Shown here one piece after another: positions 10,120 through 19,536 of a stretch of DNA of 64,000 nucleotides (position 1 is the stretch's first letter; the number at the start of each line of letters is the position of its first letter). The position numbers were made by a program, and so were the translations under genes. The notes beneath the pieces were generated by a model. The model saw nothing but the letters and a program-made list of their open reading frames with translations, had not been told where the DNA came from and did no database searches. Origin of the DNA: an uncultured Lachnospiraceae bacterium (lineage in GTDB: Bacteria > Bacillota > Clostridia > Lachnospirales > Lachnospiraceae). The DNA is taken from assembly GCA_910579425.1 (NCBI GenBank), contig CAJTVL010000016.1, positions 1,458-65,457 of the forward strand, in the 5' to 3' direction.

Positions 10120-10196
10120 ACGTGTCTGAAATTGCTCTTGCCGGACGGATCACTTGCCTGGCGGGAGTGATACGCTAAATAAGGGAGGCTTGTCTT

Positions 10197-11324
10197 ATGA
10201 GCGCGAAAAAGAAAGACTTTGTGCTGTGTTTGGTGTTCGGGCTTTTACTTGCCGGAGGCTTTTTGCTGTGCCTGTTTTTGCCGAAAGCTAAGTATTCGGA
10301 AAGCGAGCGGCGGATGCTTTCGCCAAGGCCAAAGTTTTCGGCACAGGGAGTGTGGAGCGGCAGGTTCATGTCTGATTTTGAAAGTTATGCGGTGGATACC
10401 TTCCCTTTCCGGGATTTTTTGCGCGGTATCAAGGCAGTGACGGCACTCCATGTTTTTTTACGGCAGGACAATAACGGAATTTACGCGGAGGAGGGCTTTT
10501 TAGCGTCCATGGAATATCCCATGAACGAAGCTTCCCTCTCGCATGCGGCCCGGCGCTTTGGCTATATCCGTGAAAAATATCTGACAGGCGAAAACCGGAT
10601 TTATCTCAGCGTGATTCCGGACAAAAATTGTTTCCTGGCAGAAAAGAGCGGACACTTATCCATGGACTACAAGGATTTTGAAAAGAAAATGGCTAACCTG
10701 GCGGATTTCGCAGAATACATTTCCATATCCGATTTGCTGGAGCGGGATGATTATTACAAAACGGATACCCATTGGCGGCAGGAAAAGATTACGGATGTGG
10801 CGGAGCGTCTGGCGCTTGCAATGGGAACCGAGGTTTCGGAGGATTATGAGCTCTGCGAGATGGAACAGGATTTTTACGGCGTATATTACGGGCAGGCGGC
10901 ATTGCCTTTTGCGCCGGATCGGCTTAAATTTCTGACGGGGGAGGTGATCCAGGGTTGTCAGGTCTATGACTGGCAGAACCAAAAGGTGATTCCGGTTTAC
11001 AATACTTCCGTTTTTGAGGAAGCGGGAAATGACGGGAAAAAGGCGGCAGTAAGGGATCCTTACGAATTGTTCCTTTCCGGCTCCCTTTCCCTTATTACGA
11101 TCAAGAACCCAAATGCCCGGACAGACAAACGGCTTGTGATGTTCCGGGATTCCTTCGGGTCAAGCATTGCGCCTCTGCTAATCAGCGGATATGCCCAGAT
11201 TGATTTGGTGGACATCCGTTATATCCATCCTGACCATTTGGGGCAGTTCATTGATTTTGAGGGATGCGATGTGCTGTTTTTGTACAGCAGTCTTGTGCTG
11301 AATCATAGTGATACGCTTAAGTAG
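10197..11324 (+). CDS. DHHW-family (AlgJ-like) O-acetylation protein
   Basis: N-terminal TM, YYKTDTHW, FRDSFG; downstream of MBOAT. Confidence 0.88.
   Translation: MSAKKKDFVLCLVFGLLLAGGFLLCLFLPKAKYSESERRMLSPRPKFSAQGVWSGRFMSDFESYAVDTFPFRDFLRGIKAVTALHVFLRQDNNGIYAEEGFLASMEYPMNEASLSHAARRFGYIREKYLTGENRIYLSVIPDKNCFLAEKSGHLSMDYKDFEKKMANLADFAEYISISDLLERDDYYKTDTHWRQEKITDVAERLALAMGTEVSEDYELCEMEQDFYGVYYGQAALPFAPDRLKFLTGEVIQGCQVYDWQNQKVIPVYNTSVFEEAGNDGKKAAVRDPYELFLSGSLSLITIKNPNARTDKRLVMFRDSFGSSIAPLLISGYAQIDLVDIRYIHPDHLGQFIDFEGCDVLFLYSSLVLNHSDTLK
11277..11324 (+). repeat. 48-bp direct repeat, copy 1 (3' end of DHHW gene)
   Basis: 44/48 identical to 12998-13045. Confidence 0.9.
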
Positions 11325-11338
11325 GGGGAGGGAAGCAT

Positions 11339-12184
11339 ATGCAAAGGATTGAGGTAGTTTATTCGCCGGTTTGCGAGGCCACAGGCGCGATGATCGGCAA
11401 ACTAAAGAAGTGGCTTACGGGAACGGACGTTGAGATCGGCATCTTCCCGTTCCACCTATGCCCCCGGAGGCTGAAAAGCAAATTCCGGCAGGGGGAAAAC
11501 TGCTTTATCGATATTTTTTACCAGGGGGAAAGGATTGACTGTGTGCCGCTCCACCAGGACAGAATTTATGCAGCCCTTGGCATTCAAAAGAAGTCGGTGC
11601 AGGAGCACGGCGAAGAGGCGGCTCCTTCCTTTGCAATGACGGGCGGGCAGCTTGCCGAAGCGCTTAAGGCGGGCGAGGTTCAGTTTGAACCGATCAACCG
11701 GCAGAATTACATGGAAGAAATGACCATGTGCTTATGCAACTACCCTTTTGGGAATCCGCCAAAGCAGTTCCACAAAAGCTGTATGGAGATAAAAACACAG
11801 GTGTTTGCCGAAGTCTGGGAGGCCGAGAAAATCGCGGGGATTTATGGAAAATGCAGGGGAAAAGTGGTCGGATTACTGGAAGTAATGCCAAGGGAAATTC
11901 TGAAAAAGCATGGCTATATGACCGGAACAATGGGAGATGACAGCGAATACCTTTCGGTGGGCTGTTACGAAGTCGGCTATGGAATGCCGAGGGTCGAGAT
12001 GATCAATCTGCTGATGGGGAAGCTGGAAGGGGTATTTTCCCTGTTCCGTCGCAGACGGCTGGAGGGCGTTGGGATTTATGGCTGGGAGGACGGGTTCAAC
12101 CCCTATTGGGTCTATGAAAAATATGGTTTTGAAAAAGCGGAGAGCCTTGAGGAGAATACCGTTGTGTTTTCACGGCGAATGTAA
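11339..12184 (+). CDS. GNAT-like protein (YoaP-like) with N-terminal thioredoxin-like segment
   Basis: VVGLLEVMP, LSVGCYEV and YEKYGF resemble GNAT strands; N-terminal VVYSPVCE. Confidence 0.5.
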   Translation: MQRIEVVYSPVCEATGAMIGKLKKWLTGTDVEIGIFPFHLCPRRLKSKFRQGENCFIDIFYQGERIDCVPLHQDRIYAALGIQKKSVQEHGEEAAPSFAMTGGQLAEALKAGEVQFEPINRQNYMEEMTMCLCNYPFGNPPKQFHKSCMEIKTQVFAEVWEAEKIAGIYGKCRGKVVGLLEVMPREILKKHGYMTGTMGDDSEYLSVGCYEVGYGMPRVEMINLLMGKLEGVFSLFRRRRLEGVGIYGWEDGFNPYWVYEKYGFEKAESLEENTVVFSRRM

Positions 12185-12399
12185 TTTGCCGGAAAGGGGC
12201 AGCGGGAGGAGTTGCCAGCCCTGCCGGAGTCCTTCCGGTTTGAGGATGGAGAGGAGAATGCTGTGAAAAATAAATTTTTCACAGGCAAATTTGTGCAGGC
12301 TGAGAGAAAGTAGGAGGAAAGGGAGAGAGACGTTGCGTTGTGTTTTTAGCGTTTTTACTACAAACTGTTGTTTATAATATAAAGAAAGAAGGGTTAGCT

Positions 12400-12744
12400 T
12401 TCAATGTCTGTAATCCGGCTATTGATGGGGAAAAACTGGCTATTCGGAATGAAAAACCGGCTATTGGAGATAAAAAGCTGGCTATTGAAATTTTGGAATC
12501 GGCAATTAGAAGGCAGAATTATAATGAACCGACCCTAAAAAACATAATTACAATTTATAATGCGATAGAAACAGACCAGATTTTTGGGGCGCCGGAAGTA
12601 AAAGATATATTGAAATGTTCAGTGTCCGCTTCAAAAGAGATTATGAAAAAACTGCGGGATATAGGAGCAATACAAAACGTAAAGGGGAAAGGAAAAGGAA
12701 AATATAGGTTTGTAAATATTGAAGAAATGAAAGGGCAGGTATAG
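12400..12744 (+). pseudogene. C-terminal HTH fragment (Fic- or ATP-binding-protein type tail)
   Basis: PAI/LAI 7-residue repeats then a winged-HTH-like end VKGKGKGKYRF; no good start/RBS; AT-rich; left boundary approximate. Confidence 0.5.
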
Positions 12745-12809
12745 AGTCCTCTCTAAAAAATGTAGGCATATAAAAATAAATTTTTTTTATGCAGGACTTG
12801 ACACAAGCA

Positions 12810-12995
12810 AATGAGGTATATCCGGGAGGATTGGCGGCGTTAAATAAGAAAGCGGCGGGCGCTTACACGCAAATTGGAATTGCAAAATGTGAATGGGCAA
12901 GGCTGATCGGAGCGCAAATGAGCCTTACGGAGAATGCATCGCCAAGTTATCGTTTTTTTGTGGAGAGCTTGACGAAGAGGATAGAAATGGCATGA
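12810..12995 (+). pseudogene. C-terminal fragment resembling DUF4276 proteins
   Basis: VYPGG...KCEWARLIG...NASPSYRFF resembles the NxSPSF C-terminus of that family (from memory, not searched). Confidence 0.45.
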
Positions 12996-12997
12996 AA

Positions 12998-13045
12998 TTT
13001 TTGTACAGTACTCTTGTGCTGAATCACAGTGATACGATTAAGTAG
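12998..13045 (+). repeat. 48-bp direct repeat, copy 2 (orphan DHHW 3' end)
   Basis: Encodes FLYSTLVLNHSDTIK* versus FLYSSLVLNHSDTLK* in the intact gene. Confidence 0.9.
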
Positions 13046-13108
13046 CGCGATAAATGCGAGCTTGCTTACAATTCCCGGCCAATGTTGAGGGAATACAGGG
13101 ATAATAAA

Positions 13109-14320
13109 ATGAATAAACATAAAAATATTTTCCTATTATTAATACCATTTTTACTAATTTTTCCGGCAGGTTGCTCGAATCAAAGAAATAATTTCAATAC
13201 CGATGCATCCCTGAGTTACCTTTCACAGACATATAGTATCAATATAAGTGAAGAAAGGCCGAAAGTTGTTTTAGACACAGATATGACGTTTCTGGGAGAT
13301 GATGCATTCTGTTTGTCTATCTTAGTTCAGGCAGATAACATAGGCTTAATTGATTTAGTTGGAGTAACTGTTACTGGCGGCAATTCTTTTGTATCTGTCG
13401 GTACAAATGCTGCATTACGCCAGCTTGAACTTTGGGGACGATCAGACATACCGGTATATATAGGTACTGACGAACCCTTAAATGGATTTCGGGATCTTGA
13501 AGATCAGCGCCAGGTAGTAGGTTCCATTGATAACTGGGGAGCAATGGCAAATCTTGACAACTATGTAGAGCCCCAAAACTTCCATGATCTCGGAAAATAT
13601 TATGAACGAAAATGGGGATATTCCCAAGCAACACCACAGGAAGCTTCTGCTGTCGAATTCTTGTTGGATCTCGTGTCCAATAACAAAAATGAAATCACTA
13701 TCATTTCAGTTGGTTCTCCAATCAGCATTGCTTTGGCGTGTCAGCAGGACGTAGATTTTGCTCAAAACGTAAGTGAAATTATATATCTTGGCGGTATTCT
13801 GGGAGAGGGAGGAACTTACACACCGTATGCAGATTTTAATTGTTTTTATGACGCAACCGCTTATAAAGTATGTTTGAACGCAAGTTTTCCAAAGCAAACT
13901 ATGATCCCCCATGAAGTAGTTAATGATGTGAAAATTGACAAAGCGGTATATGATTTGCTTGAAGAAAAGGGAACTACTCAGATTTCAAGGTTCTGGGTTG
14001 ATAATCAGGGGGGACTATACCGTAGGAATACGAATCGAAAGGATAGCTGTGCCGATGCAATTGCTGCTGCAATTTATTTAATACCGTCTGTCGTTGTACA
14101 ATACCAAAATTTTTATGTTGATATAAACGATGATATAACAAGTGCTGAATATGGGAAACTAATTTTGAATCATTCTGACAGCAACAATAATATTTCATTT
14201 ATTACCAGGCTGGACACTAACCAATATTGGGATTTCATTACAGATTTACTGTGCCATGTTTCCGATATGCCTGATTGTACCTACGGAGAACTTATTTCAG
14301 AAAGTGTGTCTCCCAATTAG
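13109..14320 (+). CDS. nucleoside hydrolase (IU-NH family) with lipoprotein signal
   Basis: VVLDTD....GDDA Asp-rich Ca-binding motif, ADFNCFYD, DAIAAA; signal peptide ending PAGC; AT-rich. Confidence 0.8.
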   Translation: MNKHKNIFLLLIPFLLIFPAGCSNQRNNFNTDASLSYLSQTYSINISEERPKVVLDTDMTFLGDDAFCLSILVQADNIGLIDLVGVTVTGGNSFVSVGTNAALRQLELWGRSDIPVYIGTDEPLNGFRDLEDQRQVVGSIDNWGAMANLDNYVEPQNFHDLGKYYERKWGYSQATPQEASAVEFLLDLVSNNKNEITIISVGSPISIALACQQDVDFAQNVSEIIYLGGILGEGGTYTPYADFNCFYDATAYKVCLNASFPKQTMIPHEVVNDVKIDKAVYDLLEEKGTTQISRFWVDNQGGLYRRNTNRKDSCADAIAAAIYLIPSVVVQYQNFYVDINDDITSAEYGKLILNHSDSNNNISFITRLDTNQYWDFITDLLCHVSDMPDCTYGELISESVSPN

Positions 14321-14359
14321 CCATTCATTCGTCGTCTGATATTGTTATGCTATAAACCC

Positions 14360-14409
14360 TTGACACAAGCCCCGCAGAAAACTATAATAAAACAAGATAA
14401 CAGCGTTAT
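14360..14409 (+). promoter_or_regulatory. sigma-A promoter with downstream TetR-type operator
   Basis: TTGACA(14360)-17 nt-TATAAT(14383); palindrome ATAACAGCGTTAT at 14397-14409. Confidence 0.8.
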
Positions 14410-14428
14410 GCCAAAAGAAGGTGATGGA

Positions 14429-15082
14429 TTGGCGCAGGACAAAGCGACAAAGGAAAAGCTCCTGGAAAGTGCAAAGAAAGAGTTTTTAGAGAAGGGATAT
14501 ATGAAGGCTTCCCTGCGGACGATCTGCAAAAATGCAGGGGTGACCACCGGGGCTTTATATTTTTTCTTTCAGGGCAAGGAGGATTTGCTGAGAGAGCTTG
14601 TGGAGGAGCCTCTTAAAGGACTGATGTTTCTGATCCGGCAGCATTTTGCGGAGGAGATGGAGCGGGGGATTGGCGTTGTCAGCCTTGATATGGACCGGCA
14701 GGATATTGATGCCGCCAAAGAAGTGGTACGTTTTTTGTACCGGCATTATGATGTGTTCCTGCTTCTTTTAACGAAAAGCCAGGGGAGCGAGTACGAGGAC
14801 ATGGTAAGCCGCTTTGCGGACTATGGCGAAGAGCATTACCGGAGGCTCACGGCCCAGGTAGCCAGAACCTATGGCGGTACGGCTCTGGATGACTACATGA
14901 TTCACTGGATGTCCCATATGCAGATCAATGCCTTTGTCCATCTGCTGATCCATGAGCCGGATGTGGAAAAGGCGCTTGTGCATATCGAGCAGGTTGTGGT
15001 GTATCTGGTATCCGGGTGGAACGGGCTTTTCCAGAGGGGAAGGGCTGCGGGGAATTCGGCGGATACCGGAGGAAGAGGATAA
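14429..15082 (+). CDS. TetR/AcrR family regulator
   Basis: N-terminal HTH ASLRTICKNAGVTTGALYFFF; TTG start after GAAGGTGA. Confidence 0.92.
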   Translation: MAQDKATKEKLLESAKKEFLEKGYMKASLRTICKNAGVTTGALYFFFQGKEDLLRELVEEPLKGLMFLIRQHFAEEMERGIGVVSLDMDRQDIDAAKEVVRFLYRHYDVFLLLLTKSQGSEYEDMVSRFADYGEEHYRRLTAQVARTYGGTALDDYMIHWMSHMQINAFVHLLIHEPDVEKALVHIEQVVVYLVSGWNGLFQRGRAAGNSADTGGRG

Positions 15083-15122
15083 AAAGCAACGGATGCCAGG
15101 CCTTGCCAGCCATCCTTATGTT
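15081..15122 (+). repeat. 42-bp dispersed repeat, copy 1 (KKQRMPGLASHPYV frame)
   Basis: 34/42 identical to 58583-58624. Confidence 0.65.
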
Positions 15123-15212
15123 TCAACAAACGCTGCCACGCTTTGCGAGTCAGCTTATTGTAAGCAGAACCGCTGCCGTAAAACATATTTGCGGCAGCGG
15201 TAAAATTAAGAT

Positions 15213-15237
15213 TTCAACATAACGTTGTTATGTTGAA
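15213..15237 (+). promoter_or_regulatory. TetR-type operator upstream of ABC exporter
   Basis: TTCAACATAAC-GTT-GTTATGTTGAA palindrome sharing the ATAAC-N3-GTTAT core with the tetR promoter site. Confidence 0.7.
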
Positions 15238-15279
15238 GCTGTTATGCCCGGAGGATAGGGGCAGTAAGGAGGGAATCGA

Positions 15280-15981
15280 ATGTATCTGGAAGTTAAGAGG
15301 TTGAAAAAAAGCTATGGGGAAGGCGGAAGCTATGTGGAGGTTCTAAAGGGCGTGGATTTGTCCGTGGAAAAAGGGGTGATGTGCGTCATACAGGGAGCCA
15401 GCGGCTCCGGAAAGTCCACCCTGCTTCACTGTATCGGTGGATTGGATGAAGCTGGTTCCGGGTCTGTCTCGGTGGACGGGATGGAGATCTGCGGATTAAC
15501 GCCGGAGGAATTGTCCGATTACCGCAGGGCGAATCTGGGATTTGTTTTTCAGTTCTATAACCTTGTGCCGAACCTTACGGTAAAGGAGAATATCCAGGTG
15601 TGTGAATACCTTACTGGCAGCCCCCTTGATCTGGGGGAGCTTTTGGATACCCTTGGCCTTGCCGGACATCAGGATAAATTTCCGCCCCAGCTTTCCGGCG
15701 GCCAGCAGCAGCGGTGTGCCATTGCCAGAGCGCTGATCAAGAACCCGAAGCTGCTGCTCTGTGATGAGCCCACCGGGGCATTGGATTCCCATACATCGCG
15801 GGAGATTCTGGAATTGTTGGAGGAAGTGAATCGGAAATACGGCACTACCATACTGATTGTTACTCACAATAACGCCATCAGGCAGATGGTGGATCAGGTC
15901 GTATATCTGAAGGACGGGCAGGTGCAAAAGAATTACCGGAACGAAACGAAAGTACCTGCCGCTCAGTTGGAGGATTTGTGA
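15280..15981 (+). CDS. ABC transporter ATP-binding protein (LolD/MacB type)
   Basis: GASGSGKS, LSGGQQQR, LLLCDEPTGALD. Confidence 0.95.
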   Translation: MYLEVKRLKKSYGEGGSYVEVLKGVDLSVEKGVMCVIQGASGSGKSTLLHCIGGLDEAGSGSVSVDGMEICGLTPEELSDYRRANLGFVFQFYNLVPNLTVKENIQVCEYLTGSPLDLGELLDTLGLAGHQDKFPPQLSGGQQQRCAIARALIKNPKLLLCDEPTGALDSHTSREILELLEEVNRKYGTTILIVTHNNAIRQMVDQVVYLKDGQVQKNYRNETKVPAAQLEDL

Positions 15982-18350
15982 TGCAGAAAATATTGAGAAA
16001 ACGCATATTTCGTGACCTGAAAGAGAATCAATTCCGGTATTTGGCGCTGGCGCTTTTGGTTGTTTTTGGCATGTATATCGTGATTGGTTTGGTAGGGGCG
16101 GCGGATACTGTGATAATCCGCACGGCGGAGAGGGCAAAGGCGAACCGGGTAGAGGACGGGCAGTTCGCTGTGTTCGTACCGCTTACGGAAAAGGAGAAAG
16201 CTTTCCTGGAAGAAGAGGGGATTACCTTAGAGGAGCATTTTTATCTGGACTATGCCCTGACGGGCAAAAGTATCCGACCGGAGGCGGGAAGGGGGGCGCA
16301 GGATGCAGGTTCTGCCGGGGGTGTTGTCCTGCGTATCTTTTCCCGGAGAAAGAACATTGATCTGGTACAGGTTGATTCCGGGGAACTTCCCCAAAAGAAC
16401 GGTGAAATTCTGCTGGAGAGGCGTTTCTGCGAGGAACAGGGGATTTTAATCGGTGATAAGATTACTTTTGGAGATCGTAAATATACGGTCAGCGGGATTG
16501 GTACAGCCCCGGATTACGAAGCGGCCTTTCAAAACTTTTCCGACAGTGCCGTGGACAGCGGACGGTTCGGAATCGGGTTTGTGACAGAGGAGGATTACCG
16601 GCAGATGCGGGATGCACCCGGGAGCATTTCTTCGGAGGAATATACCTATGCCTATCGTCTGAATGGACGGATTACCCATCAGGAACTGAAGGAAAAACTG
16701 AAAGGGCTGGAAGCAGGCGGCAGGGGTGGGCTCCCAGAGGGACTTTCCGGGCTTGCAAAAAGTAATGGCAGGCCAGGCCCGGTTTTCCCCTCTAAACTGA
16801 CCCGTTTTGTCCCTGCGGGCGATAATCCCCGGATTGGCTCGGCAGGAAATGATAAATTGGTGGATAGGGCGGCGGGACTGACGGCCGGTGTGATTGTCCT
16901 GATCCTGTTTGCCTATGTCATTTCTGTATTTACGATACATAGCATAGAACGGGAGGCGCGCGTCATCGGAACACTCTATGCCATGGGGGTAAAGAGGAAA
17001 GAGCTTTTGCGGCATTACCTTACGCTGCCAGTGATCCTCACCTTCATTGCAGGGGCTGTGGGGACAGGGCTCGGCTACAGCAGATTGGGCGTCAATACCT
17101 ATCTTGGGGAGTCTTACGGCTACTTTTCCATTCCAAAAGTAGATGTGGTCTTTGAGCCGTACCTGCTGATCTATGGGCTGGTTGTGCCGCCCCTTGCCAC
17201 AGCCCTCACCAATTATCTGGTGATACAAAAAAAGCTTGCCAGAGCGCCCCTTGCCCTGATCCGTGGAGAGCAGAAAGGGGACAGGGTACATACCATAGGG
17301 CTTTCGGGCGGTTTTGTGCGGATTTTCCGAATCCGGCAGCTTTTGAGGGAAAAGCGCACGGCACTTACCCTATTTTTCGGGATGTTCATTTCCCTGCTGA
17401 TCGTCATGCTTTCTCTGGATTGTTATACCCTCTGTTCCCACGTCAAGACGGAAAGCGCCAGGGATACGAAGTTTGCCTATATGTACACCTATAAGTATCC
17501 GGAAGAGGAAGTGCCGGAGGGCGGTGAGGAGGCGGTGGGAGTAACCATGAAAAAGGAAGTTATGGGCTATGAATTTGACGTGACGCTTCTGGGAATCCAT
17601 AAGGAGAACCCTTACTTTGACGCTCCGGTGGAAGAGGGGGAAAACCGGGTGCTGGTTTCCTCAGCCATGGCGCAGAAGTATGGAATCAAAGAGGGGGATA
17701 TTCTGACGCTTTTGGATGAGGAGAAGGATCGGTACTATGCCTTTCGGGTGGATGGAACCGTGACCTATTCCGCCGGTTTTTTGGCCTTTATGGACATTGA
17801 CAGCATGCGGGAATTGATGGGGGAGGGGGAGGGCTATTACAATATCGTTTTTTCGGATCATGTACTGGATATTGATAACGGCAGGCTTTATTCCGTCCTC
17901 TCAAAGGAAGGGGTGGAGAAGAGCGCGGCCGTGTTCGTGGAGCAGATGAAGGATATGGTCATCATGCTGCTGGCGGTTTCCGCACTGATCTTTGGGGTGG
18001 TGATGTATTTGCTGATGAAGGTGATGACTGACCGGTCGGCTTTGTCGATTTCCCTGTTCAAGGTGTTTGGCTACCGGAAAAAGGAGATACGGAAGCTTTA
18101 CCTGAACGGGAACTTTTTGGTGGCGGCGCTGAGCGCCCTTGTGGGGATTCCGTTATCCAAGGCCGTGATGGATCTGCTCTTTCCTTATATGGTGTCGAAC
18201 ATTGCCTGTGGGATTAATCTCACTTTCTCATGGCAGACGTATGTGGGTATATTTTTAGGCGTACTGGTTTTATACGGGATGATCAACGGGATTCTTATGG
18301 GCAGGGTGAATAAGATCCTTCCGGCCCAGGCGCTTAAGATGCGGGAGTAG
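15978..18350 (+). CDS. FtsX-like ABC exporter permease
   Basis: Two FtsX-type TM blocks (IGTLYAMG, SLFKVFGY) with large extracellular loops; coupled to the ATPase. Confidence 0.9.
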   Translation: MMQKILRKRIFRDLKENQFRYLALALLVVFGMYIVIGLVGAADTVIIRTAERAKANRVEDGQFAVFVPLTEKEKAFLEEEGITLEEHFYLDYALTGKSIRPEAGRGAQDAGSAGGVVLRIFSRRKNIDLVQVDSGELPQKNGEILLERRFCEEQGILIGDKITFGDRKYTVSGIGTAPDYEAAFQNFSDSAVDSGRFGIGFVTEEDYRQMRDAPGSISSEEYTYAYRLNGRITHQELKEKLKGLEAGGRGGLPEGLSGLAKSNGRPGPVFPSKLTRFVPAGDNPRIGSAGNDKLVDRAAGLTAGVIVLILFAYVISVFTIHSIEREARVIGTLYAMGVKRKELLRHYLTLPVILTFIAGAVGTGLGYSRLGVNTYLGESYGYFSIPKVDVVFEPYLLIYGLVVPPLATALTNYLVIQKKLARAPLALIRGEQKGDRVHTIGLSGGFVRIFRIRQLLREKRTALTLFFGMFISLLIVMLSLDCYTLCSHVKTESARDTKFAYMYTYKYPEEEVPEGGEEAVGVTMKKEVMGYEFDVTLLGIHKENPYFDAPVEEGENRVLVSSAMAQKYGIKEGDILTLLDEEKDRYYAFRVDGTVTYSAGFLAFMDIDSMRELMGEGEGYYNIVFSDHVLDIDNGRLYSVLSKEGVEKSAAVFVEQMKDMVIMLLAVSALIFGVVMYLLMKVMTDRSALSISLFKVFGYRKKEIRKLYLNGNFLVAALSALVGIPLSKAVMDLLFPYMVSNIACGINLTFSWQTYVGIFLGVLVLYGMINGILMGRVNKILPAQALKMRE

Positions 18351-18533
18351 CAGAGAGAATATTTCTATGTGATCAAAGCTTTGGAAGAAAATTTTCAGGA
18401 AACTGAGGTATGAAAATGAATCCAAAAGATTTATAATGAAAGAAGTATTTACGGAAAGGAGCATTTGGAGGCACTCATTTCCCGGAGGAGCAGTAATTTC
18501 AGAAGAAAGCGAACAGGAGGAAGAAAAGAACAT

Positions 18534-19466
18534 ATGGCTTACTTATTTGTACATTTCAGGGAAAAGACATCACCTGACGGAGAGCAGGTATATTTCGGGC
18601 TCAGCCAGGATGGCTTTCAGTGGGAGGAAGTGAACCTGGGACAGCCGGTATTGTGGGCTTATTACGGCGATAAGGGCGTCCGGGATTTTACGATCACGAA
18701 GTGTGAAAAAAACGGGAAGTATTACATATTTGCAACGGATTTAAGCCTGTCCTATGGGATGAGAAACCAGTACCGCCATTCCTGGGATGAGATCGGCAGA
18801 AACGGCAGCAAGTATCTGGCGGTCTGGGAATCCGGGGATCTGGTATCCTGGACGGAGCAGAGACTGGTGAAGATCGGGGATGAGGATTTCGGATGTCTCT
18901 GGGCACCGGATATTATTTATGACAGGAGGGAGGGGGATTATGTGCTCCACTGGTCCTCTTCCCATAAGAGCAATGACTACGGTGAAAAGGCGATTTATTA
19001 CAGCAGGACAAAGGATTTCGACAATTTCTCAAAACCAGAGGTTCTGTACCGGAAAGAAGATTCCGGTGTGATCGATTCGGCCATGTATGAGGAGAACGGA
19101 AAATACTATCTCTTTGTGAAGAGTGAAAACAATCCCTCAAATATCATACTGCTGAAGTCGGAAAGTGTGACGGGGCCCTTTGAGAGGGTGGAGGCGTTCG
19201 ATGAGAGCATGGCGGTGATCGAGGCGGGCCAGTACGAAGCGCCCACGGCGGTTTGTCTGGAAAACGGGAAGTGGTGCCTGTTTTTGGATTACTATGGTGT
19301 GCCCGGAGAAGGGCAGGGATACGTGCCGTTTGTGGCTGACAGCCTGGCGTCCGGCAGGTTTGTACGCTCTGATGAGAGTTTTCATTTTCCTTATGGATAT
19401 AAGCATGGAACGATTATGAAGATTAGTAGGGAAGAGTATGAGAGGATACGCGAAGCGTATTCATAG
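18534..19466 (+). CDS. glycoside hydrolase family 43 protein
   Basis: GVRD, WAPD, VIDS, YEAP five-bladed propeller motifs; AGGAGG RBS. Confidence 0.88.
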   Translation: MAYLFVHFREKTSPDGEQVYFGLSQDGFQWEEVNLGQPVLWAYYGDKGVRDFTITKCEKNGKYYIFATDLSLSYGMRNQYRHSWDEIGRNGSKYLAVWESGDLVSWTEQRLVKIGDEDFGCLWAPDIIYDRREGDYVLHWSSSHKSNDYGEKAIYYSRTKDFDNFSKPEVLYRKEDSGVIDSAMYEENGKYYLFVKSENNPSNIILLKSESVTGPFERVEAFDESMAVIEAGQYEAPTAVCLENGKWCLFLDYYGVPGEGQGYVPFVADSLASGRFVRSDESFHFPYGYKHGTIMKISREEYERIREAYS

Positions 19467-19536
19467 ATTTCTATTTTTATTGATATTTATAGAAGCTTGC
19501 GGCAAAACAGGGAAAGAGTCAGGAGGAGGATCAGCA

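Noticed and set aside
15081..15122. integron attC site
   Set aside because: AAC...GTT ends are present, but the element is too short, pairing is not conserved between copies and no integron integrase is seen
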